Source: Myxococcales bacterium (lineage in GTDB: Bacteria > Myxococcota_A > UBA9042). From it: a DNA stretch of 64,000 bases. The stretch is taken from the NCBI GenBank assembly GCA_037441385.1, contig JBBISH010000003.1, positions 47,192-111,191 on the forward strand, read 5' to 3'. Both the position numbers and the translations under genes were made by a program. Shown piece after piece: positions 39,049-47,723 of the stretch. Position 1 is the stretch's first letter, and every line of letters starts with the position of its first letter. The notes below the pieces were generated by a model, which was not told the origin of the DNA, made no database searches, and worked only from the letters and a program-made list of their open reading frames with translations.

Positions 39049-40320
39049 TCAGCGATTTTGCAGGCGGGCTGGCGGCAGCAGCTGTTCACCGCGCCACAGA
39101 TCCTCTAGCGTTTCCCGGGCTCGAATCGGCGTGGCGACATCGCCGTCGACCAAGACTTCGGCGGCGCGCGGACGGCTGTTGTAGTTCGAGGCCATGGCAT
39201 AGCCGTAGGCGCCGGCTCCATAGACGGCCAGCAGATCGTCCTCGCCCACTTCGACAAGCTCGCGATCCTGGGCCAGAAAATCCCCCGACTCGCACACCGG
39301 CCCCACCACGTCGACTGGCCGAACCGGCCGCCCGTCCGGGTTGCCGACCAATTCCAGCGTGTGCCAAGCCTGGTAGAGCGACGGGCGGATAAGGTCGTTC
39401 ATGCCGGCATCGACCAACACGAACTCCTTGTCGCCGTTACGCTTTGTCCCAACCACGCGCGTCAGCAGCACGCCGGCGTTACCCACGATGACACGGCCGG
39501 GCTCGGTCAGGATGTGCAAGCCATGGGCGCGGGCCATCGCCACGATCTGCTGGCCCAATTCGATCGGCGCCGCCGGTTGTTCGTCTCGGTAGGCAATACC
39601 CAAGCCGCCGCCCACGTCCAAGTGCTCTAGGGCAATGCCAGCGGCCTTCAGGCGATCGCAAAGGCCCAACATCTTCTCGATGGCCTGCACGAACGGCGCA
39701 ACCTCCAGGATCTGACTGCCGATATGGCAATCGACCCCCACGATGCGCAGGTGCGGACTTTGGGCCGCCTGCTGGTATAGCGACTCGGCTTCGGCAAAGG
39801 CGACGCCAAATTTGCTGCTTTTCAGCCCTGTTGCGATGTATTTGTGCGTGCGCGGGTCCACGTCGGGGTTGACGCGGAGGCTGATGGGCGCGCGTGTGCC
39901 CAGTTCGGCCGCGACGCGCTCGATGCGGCCCAGCTCGCCGGCGGACTCCACGTTGAAGCACAAGATGCCGCGGCGCAACGCCAAAGCGATCTCGTCGTTG
40001 CGCTTGGCGACGCCCGAAAATACGACCTTGCCGGGATCGCCGCCGGCCCGCATGACCCGCTCCAGCTCGCCCGCCGAGACGATGTCGAAGCCGCTGCCCA
40101 AGCTGGCGAGCACCTGCAAGATCGCAAGGTTACTGCAGGCCTTGACCGCGTAGCACAGCAAATGGTCCAGGCCATGCAGCGCCTCGTCCATCACGCGATA
40201 GTGACGCTCGATGGTGGCGCGGCTGTAGACGTAGGTGGGGGTCCCAAAGTCGGCAGCGATCTGCGCCAACGGCACGCCATCGGCCCACAAGTGACCGTCT
40301 TTACGCTCGAAGTGATTCAT
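39049..40320 (-). CDS. lysA: Diaminopimelate decarboxylase
   Basis: Fold-III PLP decarboxylase: …YAVKACSN…, …GLDVGGGLGIAY…, …EPGR…, …CESGD…. Confidence 0.95.
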   Translation of the reverse strand: MNHFERKDGHLWADGVPLAQIAADFGTPTYVYSRATIERHYRVMDEALHGLDHLLCYAVKACSNLAILQVLASLGSGFDIVSAGELERVMRAGGDPGKVVFSGVAKRNDEIALALRRGILCFNVESAGELGRIERVAAELGTRAPISLRVNPDVDPRTHKYIATGLKSSKFGVAFAEAESLYQQAAQSPHLRIVGVDCHIGSQILEVAPFVQAIEKMLGLCDRLKAAGIALEHLDVGGGLGIAYRDEQPAAPIELGQQIVAMARAHGLHILTEPGRVIVGNAGVLLTRVVGTKRNGDKEFVLVDAGMNDLIRPSLYQAWHTLELVGNPDGRPVRPVDVVGPVCESGDFLAQDRELVEVGEDDLLAVYGAGAYGYAMASNYNSRPRAAEVLVDGDVATPIRARETLEDLWRGEQLLPPARLQNR

Positions 40321-40347
40321 GGTCTGCCTGTGGCGGCGGCTGGTCGA

Positions 40348-42300
40348 TCAGAACGGCAGGACCAAGTGCCCGGTCAACTTCCAGGCATTGGTGGGCGTTT
40401 GCGAGGTGCTGGCGTCGTACCATCCCTCGACCAGGTTGAAGGCGGAACCGGTGATGGCGTAGGCGAAAATCACGTCGGCATAGGCCTGGCCGCGGCGACC
40501 CAGGAAGCCCCGCGCCGCGAGCTCGGTGCCAATGTTGGTGATCTCGCCGGCCTTGCCGCCGGGCGTGCCCGCCGAGTTCTGAGCGATCGCCTGCAATACG
40601 GACAGGTCCAGGCCCAGCATATCCGCAGAGTGCCACGGGAAAGCGTTGATGCTGACCGTGGGCTTGATGTACCAGGCGTTGGTGACGGTGCCGATCAGGT
40701 CGTGGAACAGCAAGTTGTCGACTTGGTAGCCGCGGTTGAATTTGAACCCGGTGATCAAGGTATTGGGCGCGCCGGTGGCCGTGGCGAGCGAGCAGTCCGA
40801 CCGGCCGTAGACGCCGAAGCACTGCGTGTCGTCGCCGCTGGCGCCGCCAAAGTCCAAGTAGTAGCCCATACCCTCGTCTTGGAACGCGGCCTTGCCCGCA
40901 AAGCCCCACATGCTGAGGTCGCGCTTCTTGTCCGCCGTGCCGGCTAGGGCGTTGGCGTCGTCGACTGAACCGCCGATGTAGGCGCCTTCCGCTTCGGCCA
41001 CAAAGCGGCGCAGAGGCGACAGGCGTTGTTCGTAGCGGAACCAGACGTCGGCGATGGCGGCGGTGGCGCCGCGAACCATCAACTGCGCGCTATCCAGGTT
41101 GTTGACGCCCAACTTGCTGGGGTCGGTCGTGCCCTGCAAGTCGTTTTTCTGAGTCCGATAGACCAGGTACAAGCCGCCGTCGATGGCCGGCTTGCGCTCG
41201 ACTTCTAGCAAGTGCTGGCGCGCCGCCGCATCGTCTTCGGACAGGGGCCGACGCATCAGGGCCAAACCGTACTGGCGGACGTCATCGGAACCGGTGGCGT
41301 TGCGGGGCACCACGTCGGGGCGCAGCAGATCGCCCGTCTGCAGGCCATTGGCCAGGTAGTCGTAGAAAACGCTGGCGTACAACTGCGCCTTGGGGATGCC
41401 GGTCACGAAGGCCGCGCGATCCACATAACTACCCGAATCCAAAGCATAGCCGTGGCCATCGGCCGGCCGCCGCGCTCCGCCGTAGTAGAGCGTGGGGCGG
41501 CCCATGTCCCAGCCATCGCCGCCGCCGCCATGGGCGAGCATGCCCAGACCCCAATGGGAGGCCTGGCGTCCCACGCGCAGCACGCCCACCAACGTCTTGA
41601 GCTCGCCGTACAACTCCTTGACGTTCATGACACCGGGCTTGGTGCTCATGGTAAAGGCCGAGATCGGCACGTCGGGTCGCGCCTGGTAGCCCGAGTAGTC
41701 GGGATCGCCGCCCATCACCGCGTTGTCCAGCACGTCGACGGTCGAGACGATGCGCGCGTCTTTGCCGATCGACAGCGTCGGCTGCAGGCGCAAACGCATC
41801 GTGGCGCCGGCCATGGCCGTTTCTTCTGTCGTCTTGCCAACTTTGCCGCTCTGCGTGTTCTTGTCGGGGTCGTTGTTGGTCGGCCACAGCGACAGCGGCG
41901 GCGCCACCGCGCTGGTAGTGATGGCGCGGTTGCCGATCTGCTTGTCGGGCACCGCCATGCCAAGGTGGCCGTTGTTCAGGATCTCGGGCCGGAAGCGGAA
42001 GTAGCCATGCCACTCCAGCTGCAAGAAGCTGGGTGTGGGCGCAGCCTTGGGCGGCGTGGGCAGTGTGCCGTCGTCGATTTGGTCCAGCAGGCCCTTTTTG
42101 GCCGCAGGCGCGGGCTTGGCCGACGGGTCGCGGGGCGCCGTGGCCGTGGCCGGCTCAGGGGCATCGACCGCCGGGGCATCATCTTTGGTTTCTGGCGGTT
42201 CCTGAGCGATTGCCGCCGGAGCCACGCCCAGCACGGCCAACGCCGCCGCCACCACCGCCAAGCGGAGCGAGCGCCGCTGCCAACGCTCGTGCAGGGCCAT
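40348..42300 (-). CDS. Outer-membrane beta-barrel protein (uncharacterised family)
   Basis: Start MALHERW… with signal peptide (…AVLGVAPAAIAQEPP). Alternating amphipathic strands; C-terminal …HLVLPF with terminal Phe, typical of OM barrels. Confidence 0.6.
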   Translation of the reverse strand: MALHERWQRRSLRLAVVAAALAVLGVAPAAIAQEPPETKDDAPAVDAPEPATATAPRDPSAKPAPAAKKGLLDQIDDGTLPTPPKAAPTPSFLQLEWHGYFRFRPEILNNGHLGMAVPDKQIGNRAITTSAVAPPLSLWPTNNDPDKNTQSGKVGKTTEETAMAGATMRLRLQPTLSIGKDARIVSTVDVLDNAVMGGDPDYSGYQARPDVPISAFTMSTKPGVMNVKELYGELKTLVGVLRVGRQASHWGLGMLAHGGGGDGWDMGRPTLYYGGARRPADGHGYALDSGSYVDRAAFVTGIPKAQLYASVFYDYLANGLQTGDLLRPDVVPRNATGSDDVRQYGLALMRRPLSEDDAAARQHLLEVERKPAIDGGLYLVYRTQKNDLQGTTDPSKLGVNNLDSAQLMVRGATAAIADVWFRYEQRLSPLRRFVAEAEGAYIGGSVDDANALAGTADKKRDLSMWGFAGKAAFQDEGMGYYLDFGGASGDDTQCFGVYGRSDCSLATATGAPNTLITGFKFNRGYQVDNLLFHDLIGTVTNAWYIKPTVSINAFPWHSADMLGLDLSVLQAIAQNSAGTPGGKAGEITNIGTELAARGFLGRRGQAYADVIFAYAITGSAFNLVEGWYDASTSQTPTNAWKLTGHLVLPF

Positions 42301-42522
42301 GGCCCGCACCACGTGGGCTTGCGTGTGGGCGATCTCGATCTGCTGGGCCAGTTGCTGCATCATGCTTCCTCCTACCACGGCGCGCATTTCACGCTGGGCC
42401 GGCTAGACAGTCAACACGTGGGCGGGGCTGCCGCCACAAATGGCGCGAAATTCGACGCCTGCCGCCGCAGCCGCCCGCTTCGAGTCGCCCGGCTGGGGCC
42501 GCAGCGAACAGCAAGCTACACC

Positions 42523-43683
42523 ATGATTTTCTTGGACTACAACGCCACGGCTCCGCTCCTCCCGCAGGCCCGCGAGGCGATGCTCCGCACGCTGGAGCAA
42601 GACCTGGGCAACCCGTCGTCTTTGCACCGGGCTGGCCAGCGCGCCCGGGCACTGATCGAGGCGGCGCGGCGGCAGGTGGCCCACCACCTGGGCGCCCGCC
42701 CAGGCCAGATCGTGCTGACCAGCGGCGCGACCGAGGCGAACAATCTAGCTTGGCGTGGCATTCTGACGCCGCAACTGCGCCTTGGGCTGCGGCCGCGGGC
42801 CCTGTTGGCGGCCTTGGACCATCCTTCGGTGGCGGCGTTGGCCGAGCAGCTCCAGGCAGACGGCGTGGAGCTTGGCTGGGTGGCGATCGATCGCGACGGA
42901 CGCCTGGACTTGGCGGCGCTGGCGCAAGCGCTGCAAGCGGCCCCGGCGTTGGTGCACGTGTCGGCGGTGGGTGGCGAGTTGGGCACCTTGGCGGATGTGC
43001 CGGCGATCTGCGCGTTGGTGCGCCAAACGACCGCCCACCTCCACGTAGACGCCGCCCAGGCTTGGGGCCGCGTGCCCGTCCACGTCGAGGCTTGGCCGGT
43101 CGATTCCTTGTCGCTGTCGGGGCACAAGATCGGTGGGCCGATGGGCACGGGTGCCCTGTATCTGCGCGCCGGGGTACGCCCTTTGCCGCTCGCACCTGGC
43201 CACCAAGAGCACGGTCTGCGCGCTGGCACAGAAAACGTGGTGGGCGCGGCCGGGTTTGCTGCCGCCGTTGCGGAACTGCCGGCGCGGCTGGCCCAGGCCC
43301 GCGAAGTGCGCCGCCAACGGGATCTGCTGGCCGAGCTATTGGCGCCGATCGGCGGATTGCTGCGGTTGGGCCCCGCAGACGCGGCCACCGAGGTGGGCAC
43401 GACGCTCTGTGTGGCGATCGCGGGCGTGCCGGCGCCGCTCTTGGTGATGGCCTTGGACTTGGCAGGTGTCGCCGCTTCGGCGGGATCGGCCTGCAGTTCG
43501 GGCACGGCGGAACCGTCGGCTTTGCTGCGCGCCTGCGTGGAATTGGCCGGTCTGGAGCCAGCGCGCGCCCGCCAGGCGATCCGGTTTTCCGTGGGTCCAG
43601 GCCTGAGCGACCAGCAACTGGTAGCTGCCGCCCAGGCCGTGGCCGCGTGCACGGCGCGCATTCGCGGCAGCCGCGTGGAATAG
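42523..43683 (+). CDS. Cysteine desulfurase (IscS/NifS family)
   Basis: N-terminus …FLDYNATAPL…; PLP-Lys in …SLSGHKIGGPMGTGALYL…; active-site Cys in …SAGSACSSG…. Confidence 0.9.
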   Translation: MIFLDYNATAPLLPQAREAMLRTLEQDLGNPSSLHRAGQRARALIEAARRQVAHHLGARPGQIVLTSGATEANNLAWRGILTPQLRLGLRPRALLAALDHPSVAALAEQLQADGVELGWVAIDRDGRLDLAALAQALQAAPALVHVSAVGGELGTLADVPAICALVRQTTAHLHVDAAQAWGRVPVHVEAWPVDSLSLSGHKIGGPMGTGALYLRAGVRPLPLAPGHQEHGLRAGTENVVGAAGFAAAVAELPARLAQAREVRRQRDLLAELLAPIGGLLRLGPADAATEVGTTLCVAIAGVPAPLLVMALDLAGVAASAGSACSSGTAEPSALLRACVELAGLEPARARQAIRFSVGPGLSDQQLVAAAQAVAACTARIRGSRVE

Positions 43684-43809
43684 GCTGGAGCTATCCGTGG
43701 TTCACAGCTTTGGACGGGGCCACCGGTCGCGGGTGCGGCCCCGCGGCATTGGACCTACACGGGCGCTACCCCGTATCATGCGGGCGGCGCAGTCGCTAGA
43801 GCAGCAGGC

Positions 43810-45006
43810 GTGGACAATTACCCAAGCGAAATCCGTGTTCCTGGCGCTGTGAGCGTGCCGCCGCCCAAGAGTGGCGCCATCGTCACGGCCGTGCGCGCCC
43901 ACATGCGCTTGCCCCCCGGCGCCAGCGTCGCGGTCGCCATGAGCGGCGGCGTGGACTCCAGCACGGTCGCGGCCCTCCTCGTCGAGGCGGGCTATCAGGT
44001 TTTTGGTTTGACCGCGCGATTGTACGACCTAGACCCGGCGCAGATCGGTCGCGCGGGCAGTTGCTGCGCACCCGACGACGCCCGCGATGCCAAAGCCGTG
44101 GCCGGCGTGCTGGATATCCCGCACTACACCGTGGACGAGCGCGGGAGTTTCGCGCGCGACGTGATCGCGCCGTTCGAGCAAGCCTGGCAGCGCGGTGATA
44201 CGCCCAACCCGTGTGTCGCCTGCAACCGCTCGCTCAAGTTCGATCGACTGGTGGCCACCGCCCGCGCGCTGGGCGCCATGGCCTTGGCGACGGGCCACTA
44301 CGCGCGCCTGGAGCTGCAAGACGGGCTCCCCACCTTGCGGCGTGGCGTGGATCCCAACAAGGATCAGGCGTACTTCCTGTATCCGTTGGCGCGCGAGGCC
44401 GCTGAATTCGTTCGCTTCCCCCTGGGCGACATGAGCAAGGGTGAAGTGCGCGGCCACGCGCTGCGGCTGGGTGTCCCTACTGCCAGCAAAGCCGAGTCCA
44501 TGGACATCTGCTTTGTGGGGGCCGAGCGCACCCAGGCTTGGCTAGACAAGCGGACGGCGCCGGTGCGGGGCACGATCGTCGATACCCACGGGCGCGTCCT
44601 GGCGGAACATACCGGTCTTGCTGGCTTTACTGTGGGCCAGCGCCACGGCTTGGGCCTGGCCGCGCGCCCCGACGGCAGCCCCTGGTACGTGGTCGACAAG
44701 CGCGGCGACGGCACAGTGGTGGTGGGCGAACGGGCGCAACTGCAGGTGGCACGGCTCGATCTGGGCGAGTGCATTTGGCTGGCTGGCTCGCCGCCCCAGC
44801 AGGGTCAAGAGATCCAGGTGCAAATTCGCCACCGCGGCCAGGCTGTGCCGGCGCAGGTGCTGTCCGCGGGGCCCGACAGCGCAACAGTCCAGGTTGTTGG
44901 TGAATTGCTGGCAGCAGCCCGCGGTCAGAGCGCCGTTCTGTTTGCCGGCGACCGCGTCTTGGGTGGCGGACTCATCACCCAAGCCGAAGGTCGGGAGCCG
45001 CTATGA
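43810..45006 (+). CDS. mnmA: tRNA-specific 2-thiouridylase
   Basis: PP-loop VAMSGGVDSS; …HYTVDER…, …CNRSLKFD…; C-terminal …VVDKRGDG…. The start may instead be the internal ATG (MRLPPG, about 43903). Confidence 0.9.
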   Translation: MDNYPSEIRVPGAVSVPPPKSGAIVTAVRAHMRLPPGASVAVAMSGGVDSSTVAALLVEAGYQVFGLTARLYDLDPAQIGRAGSCCAPDDARDAKAVAGVLDIPHYTVDERGSFARDVIAPFEQAWQRGDTPNPCVACNRSLKFDRLVATARALGAMALATGHYARLELQDGLPTLRRGVDPNKDQAYFLYPLAREAAEFVRFPLGDMSKGEVRGHALRLGVPTASKAESMDICFVGAERTQAWLDKRTAPVRGTIVDTHGRVLAEHTGLAGFTVGQRHGLGLAARPDGSPWYVVDKRGDGTVVVGERAQLQVARLDLGECIWLAGSPPQQGQEIQVQIRHRGQAVPAQVLSAGPDSATVQVVGELLAAARGQSAVLFAGDRVLGGGLITQAEGREPL

Positions 45007-45947
45007 GCGATTTCGTGCGCGGCGAGCGCCGCTCGTCTCGTCCCCTGATTCCCGTGCCCGACACCACGGCCGGCACATTGGAGCTGGTGCGGCGCCTGGG
45101 ATACACGTTTGCCGACCCCAGCTTGCTCGAGGCTTCGTTGACCCATCCGTCGTGGCACAACGAGCATCCCGAGGCCGTGTCCGACAACCAGCGCCACGAG
45201 TTTTTAGGCGACGCCGTGGTTGGCCTGGTGATCACCGAGGCGTTGCTCGAGCGCATGCCCGATCGGCGCGAAGGCCAACTGACCGTGCTGAAATCGCAGT
45301 TGGTGCGCGAGTCGGCACTGGCCGAACTGGCGCAAGCCCTGGGCATCGGCGGCGCGCTGCGCTTGGGCCGCGGCGAAGACTACACCGGCGGGCGCCGGCG
45401 AACTTCCGTGTTGGCCGACGCGTTCGAGGCGGTGGTGGGCGCCGTGTTCGTCGATGGCGGCTATGCTGCAGCGCGCGAGGTGGTGCGGCGCCTGTTCGAC
45501 GACCTGCTCGACGCCGCGGCTGCTGCGGTGGCCGAGCTGGGTGCGACGCCCACGGCGTTGTCGGCCGGCGTAGCCAATTGGAAGACGGCGGTGCAAGAAC
45601 TGCTGCAGCAGCACGCGAACCTGCCGCCGACCTACGCGGTGGTCGACGAGCAAGGTCCTTTCCACGCGCGGACTTTTGTGGTGCAAGCGACCGCGCGGGC
45701 GGCCGGCGAAAAGGGTGAGGTCGAATTGGTGGGCGTGGGGCGCGGTCCCAGCAAGAAGCTGGCCGAACACGCCGCCGCGTCGGACCTGTACCAGCGCGTT
45801 CTGACCCATGTGAACAACGCCGACCCCACCTTGGCCGCGCTGTTGCAGGCGCCCGTGACCCGCCCCTCGGGTCTGCGCGCTCGCCCGCTCGCGTTGGGCG
45901 ACGTCAAGAAGGCGCCTGACGATGATTCCGATGGCGCGTCCCCATGA
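45003..45947 (+). CDS. rnc: Ribonuclease III
   Basis: ATGA overlap with mnmA. RNase III signature [17 protein letters not shown]; C-terminal dsRBD (…[12 protein letters not shown]…[17 protein letters not shown]…). Confidence 0.95.
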   Translation: MSDFVRGERRSSRPLIPVPDTTAGTLELVRRLGYTFADPSLLEASLTHPSWHNEHPEAVSDNQRHEFLGDAVVGLVITEALLERMPDRREGQLTVLKSQLVRESALAELAQALGIGGALRLGRGEDYTGGRRRTSVLADAFEAVVGAVFVDGGYAAAREVVRRLFDDLLDAAAAAVAELGATPTALSAGVANWKTAVQELLQQHANLPPTYAVVDEQGPFHARTFVVQATARAAGEKGEVELVGVGRGPSKKLAEHAAASDLYQRVLTHVNNADPTLAALLQAPVTRPSGLRARPLALGDVKKAPDDDSDGASP

Positions 45948-46083
45948 TATCGGCTACTCTTGGGGGATTGGCGCCGCGCGGCCGCGTACACAAACCGGGC
46001 CACGCAGGCGGGGAGCGAAGATGTTGAGCCTGAATTGGATTGCGATTGGTGTAGGCGCGGGCCGCCTTGAGGTGCGACAGGCC

Positions 46084-46305
46084 ATGTTGGGTACCTGGGA
46101 AATCATTGCTATTTTGGCGGTCGTCGTGCTCCTGTTCGGCGCGAACAAGCTGCCCCAGCTGGGCAAGGGCCTGGGCGAAGCCATCGGCAACTTCAAGAAG
46201 GCGCAGCGCGAAGGCGAAAAGGGCGTGCTGCACGACGAGATCGATGCGACGCCGCGGGTCGAGGCTGAGCGCAAGAAGAGCCTGGATCGCGACGAGCACG
46301 CCTAG
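46084..46305 (+). CDS. tatA: Twin-arginine translocase subunit TatA/E
   Basis: 73 aa. N-terminal TM plus hinge (…[36 protein letters not shown]…), then acidic/basic tail. Confidence 0.85.
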   Translation: MLGTWEIIAILAVVVLLFGANKLPQLGKGLGEAIGNFKKAQREGEKGVLHDEIDATPRVEAERKKSLDRDEHA

Positions 46306-46362
46306 AGACCTGACCAATTACGGTACACTCGTTCAGTTCTTGGATGTTCTGGTCAGGTCTCT
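46304..46362 (+). terminator. Perfect 13-bp inverted repeat (AGAGACCTGACCA / TGGTCAGGTCTCT) with 33-nt AT-richer loop, overlapping the tatA stop; no U-tract
   Basis: Read directly from the sequence. Possible tatA terminator or protein/RNA recognition hairpin. Confidence 0.35.
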
Positions 46363-46626
46363 CGCTGCTAGGTGGGTCGCAAGCTCGCCCCGTTGGGGAC
46401 TCGCCGCTCCAATTGCAGCGGGTCCGGCGCGGCGAAGAACTCAAATTGATGCGCTCTCTAGAACACGGATCCATTTAGACTTTCTCCGCGCAGCCGAACC
46501 GTCGAATTCGGCGCGGTCAATCGCAGCCGGCGCGCACGCACAGGGCTTTGGCGTATCCGACCTGCGGATCGCGGACGCCGGCCGCCGCCCGCGCACAACC
46601 CCAACCACAGGCAGGTACGGCGCCGC

Positions 46627-46670
46627 AAAAACGCGCCGGGGCTGCTCAGGCAAGGACCTGGCAACCCCGG
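46627..46670 (-). terminator. Intrinsic terminator of the MC1-like gene (CCGGGG/CCCCGG stem followed on the minus strand by a U5 tract)
   Basis: On the + strand the sequence reads AAAAA-CGCG-CCGGGG-N23-CCCCGG, i.e. a hairpin plus U-run for a minus-strand transcript ending about 25 nt after the stop at 46693. Confidence 0.55.
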
Positions 46671-46692
46671 ATCGTTGTGCGATGGGCAGCGA

Positions 46693-46965
46693 CTACTTCA
46701 GGTGCTCGACGCCGACCTTCTTGACGGTGGCCTTCCAGACCTTGGCGGGCAGCCACTTTGGGCGATTGGCGGGAGCCGTGGTCTCGACGCGGCCGCCGTT
46801 GAACACGTGCACGCGCTTGGTGCCGCGCTCGCGCAGGCGAATCTCGGTGTAGCCGCGGGCCGCAGCCTTCAGGGCCGCGCCGCGCGGTTGGGCGTTCGAG
46901 AAGACCACGTTGGTGTCCTTGCCTTCCTGCATCAATACGAAATTCTTCTTCTCTTTCTCTGCCAT
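46693..46965 (-). CDS. Chromosomal protein MC1-family DNA-binding protein (archaeal chromatin protein homologue)
   Basis: 90 aa. …NFVLMQEGKD…VFSNAQPRGAALKAAARGYTEIRLRERGTKRVHVFNG… closely matches my recollection of Methanosarcina MC1 (…FVLRDE…GVFTGKQPRQAALKAANRG…IRLRERGTKKVHVF…), recalled from memory and not aligned. Start verified on the minus strand; a longer ORF-track extension is Arg-rich junk. Confidence 0.75.
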   Translation of the reverse strand: MAEKEKKNFVLMQEGKDTNVVFSNAQPRGAALKAAARGYTEIRLRERGTKRVHVFNGGRVETTAPANRPKWLPAKVWKATVKKVGVEHLK

Positions 46966-47329
46966 GATCCAGCTCCCCCCGGATTGCAGCAGCCGGGTGC
47001 CAACCGCACGAGCGGTGCGGTCGTCGTCGGTGCGCCGCGAGCCTGGCCTCTCCAGCCTCGACGGACGAACCCCTATTGGCTCGAATCGGCGACCTGCGCC
47101 GCGGTCGTGCCCTGGCGGTGGCGTCTGCACCGGCCGCCGACCTGGCGCCCTCCGTGCAAAACCCGTGACCGTGTCGCTTCCCGCGGTTGCCCGCCGGCAG
47201 CTCCTCTGTCGCACCACTCACTTGTCGGCAGGTATGGGCCGGTTTTCGTCGTTATGCAAGCGGCAAGCGCGGCGGCAACGCCAGGTGACGATAATTCCGC
47301 TGAAGTTGGCCGCGCGGCAAATTATGCCG

Positions 47330-47361
47330 TTGACAGGCGAGTGCGATTGAGTATCTATATA
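47330..47361 (+). promoter_or_regulatory. Sigma70-like promoter candidate in an AT-rich island (TTGACA-N16-TATCTA / TATATA) between the divergent MC1 and slt genes
   Basis: Perfect -35 hexamer TTGACA at 47330-47335. AT-rich -10 candidates lie at 47352-47361 in an otherwise very GC-rich window. Confidence 0.4.
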
Positions 47362-47434
47362 TTTCAACGCGTTATATGTAGAGCGTCTGCAGTTCAACGA
47401 TTTGGCGGCGCGGCGCGAGCGGCGATTTCCCCAT

Positions 47435-47467
47435 GATCACGGTACGCGAGGGCCGTGATCGTTTTTT
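47435..47467 (+). terminator. Rho-independent terminator / attenuator hairpin GATCACGG-N10-CCGTGATC followed by T6
   Basis: Perfect 8-bp stem plus TTTTTT, about 75-100 nt downstream of the promoter candidate and 255 nt upstream of the slt start. It overlaps the first codons of the spurious ORF-track start at 47433. Confidence 0.5.
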
Positions 47468-47723
47468 GCTGGTCGCGCACAGAATCGCCGGGCGCGGCCC
47501 GCGGTATGGGCCCATTTTGCGTACACCAGCCGGGCGCCGCTCGCCAACGCGCTTGGGACTTCGCCTGATTATTCAGCAGTTGCAAACGGCTCGCGAACTG
47601 GTCAAGTCCGACAATCGTGCTACCGTAGCGGCACGGCAGCATGCAAGCCCTGGCGTGGCGAGCAAGGTGGTGTGGGTGGGCCAGCACAGGGCGAACGCAA
47701 CCAGGGGAGCAGCCGCGTGGCCA

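Noticed and set aside
46990-47010. TTGGCAC-N5-TGCTGCA as a sigma54 promoter for the MC1 gene
   Set aside because: The GG/GC spacing is off by +/-1-2 nt from the strict -24/-12 geometry. The site is also only about 25 nt from the start codon.
46966-47217. Longer ORF-track version of the MC1 gene (174 aa)
   Set aside because: The extension contains no ATG and is Arg-rich with no similarity to anything. The canonical 90-aa MC1 begins at the verified ATG at 46965.
47433-47723. N-terminal extension of slt from the ATG at 47433
   Set aside because: Its first codons are the stem of a perfect hairpin plus T6 terminator. The extension is Arg-rich, with no signal peptide. A canonical signal peptide starts at 47724.
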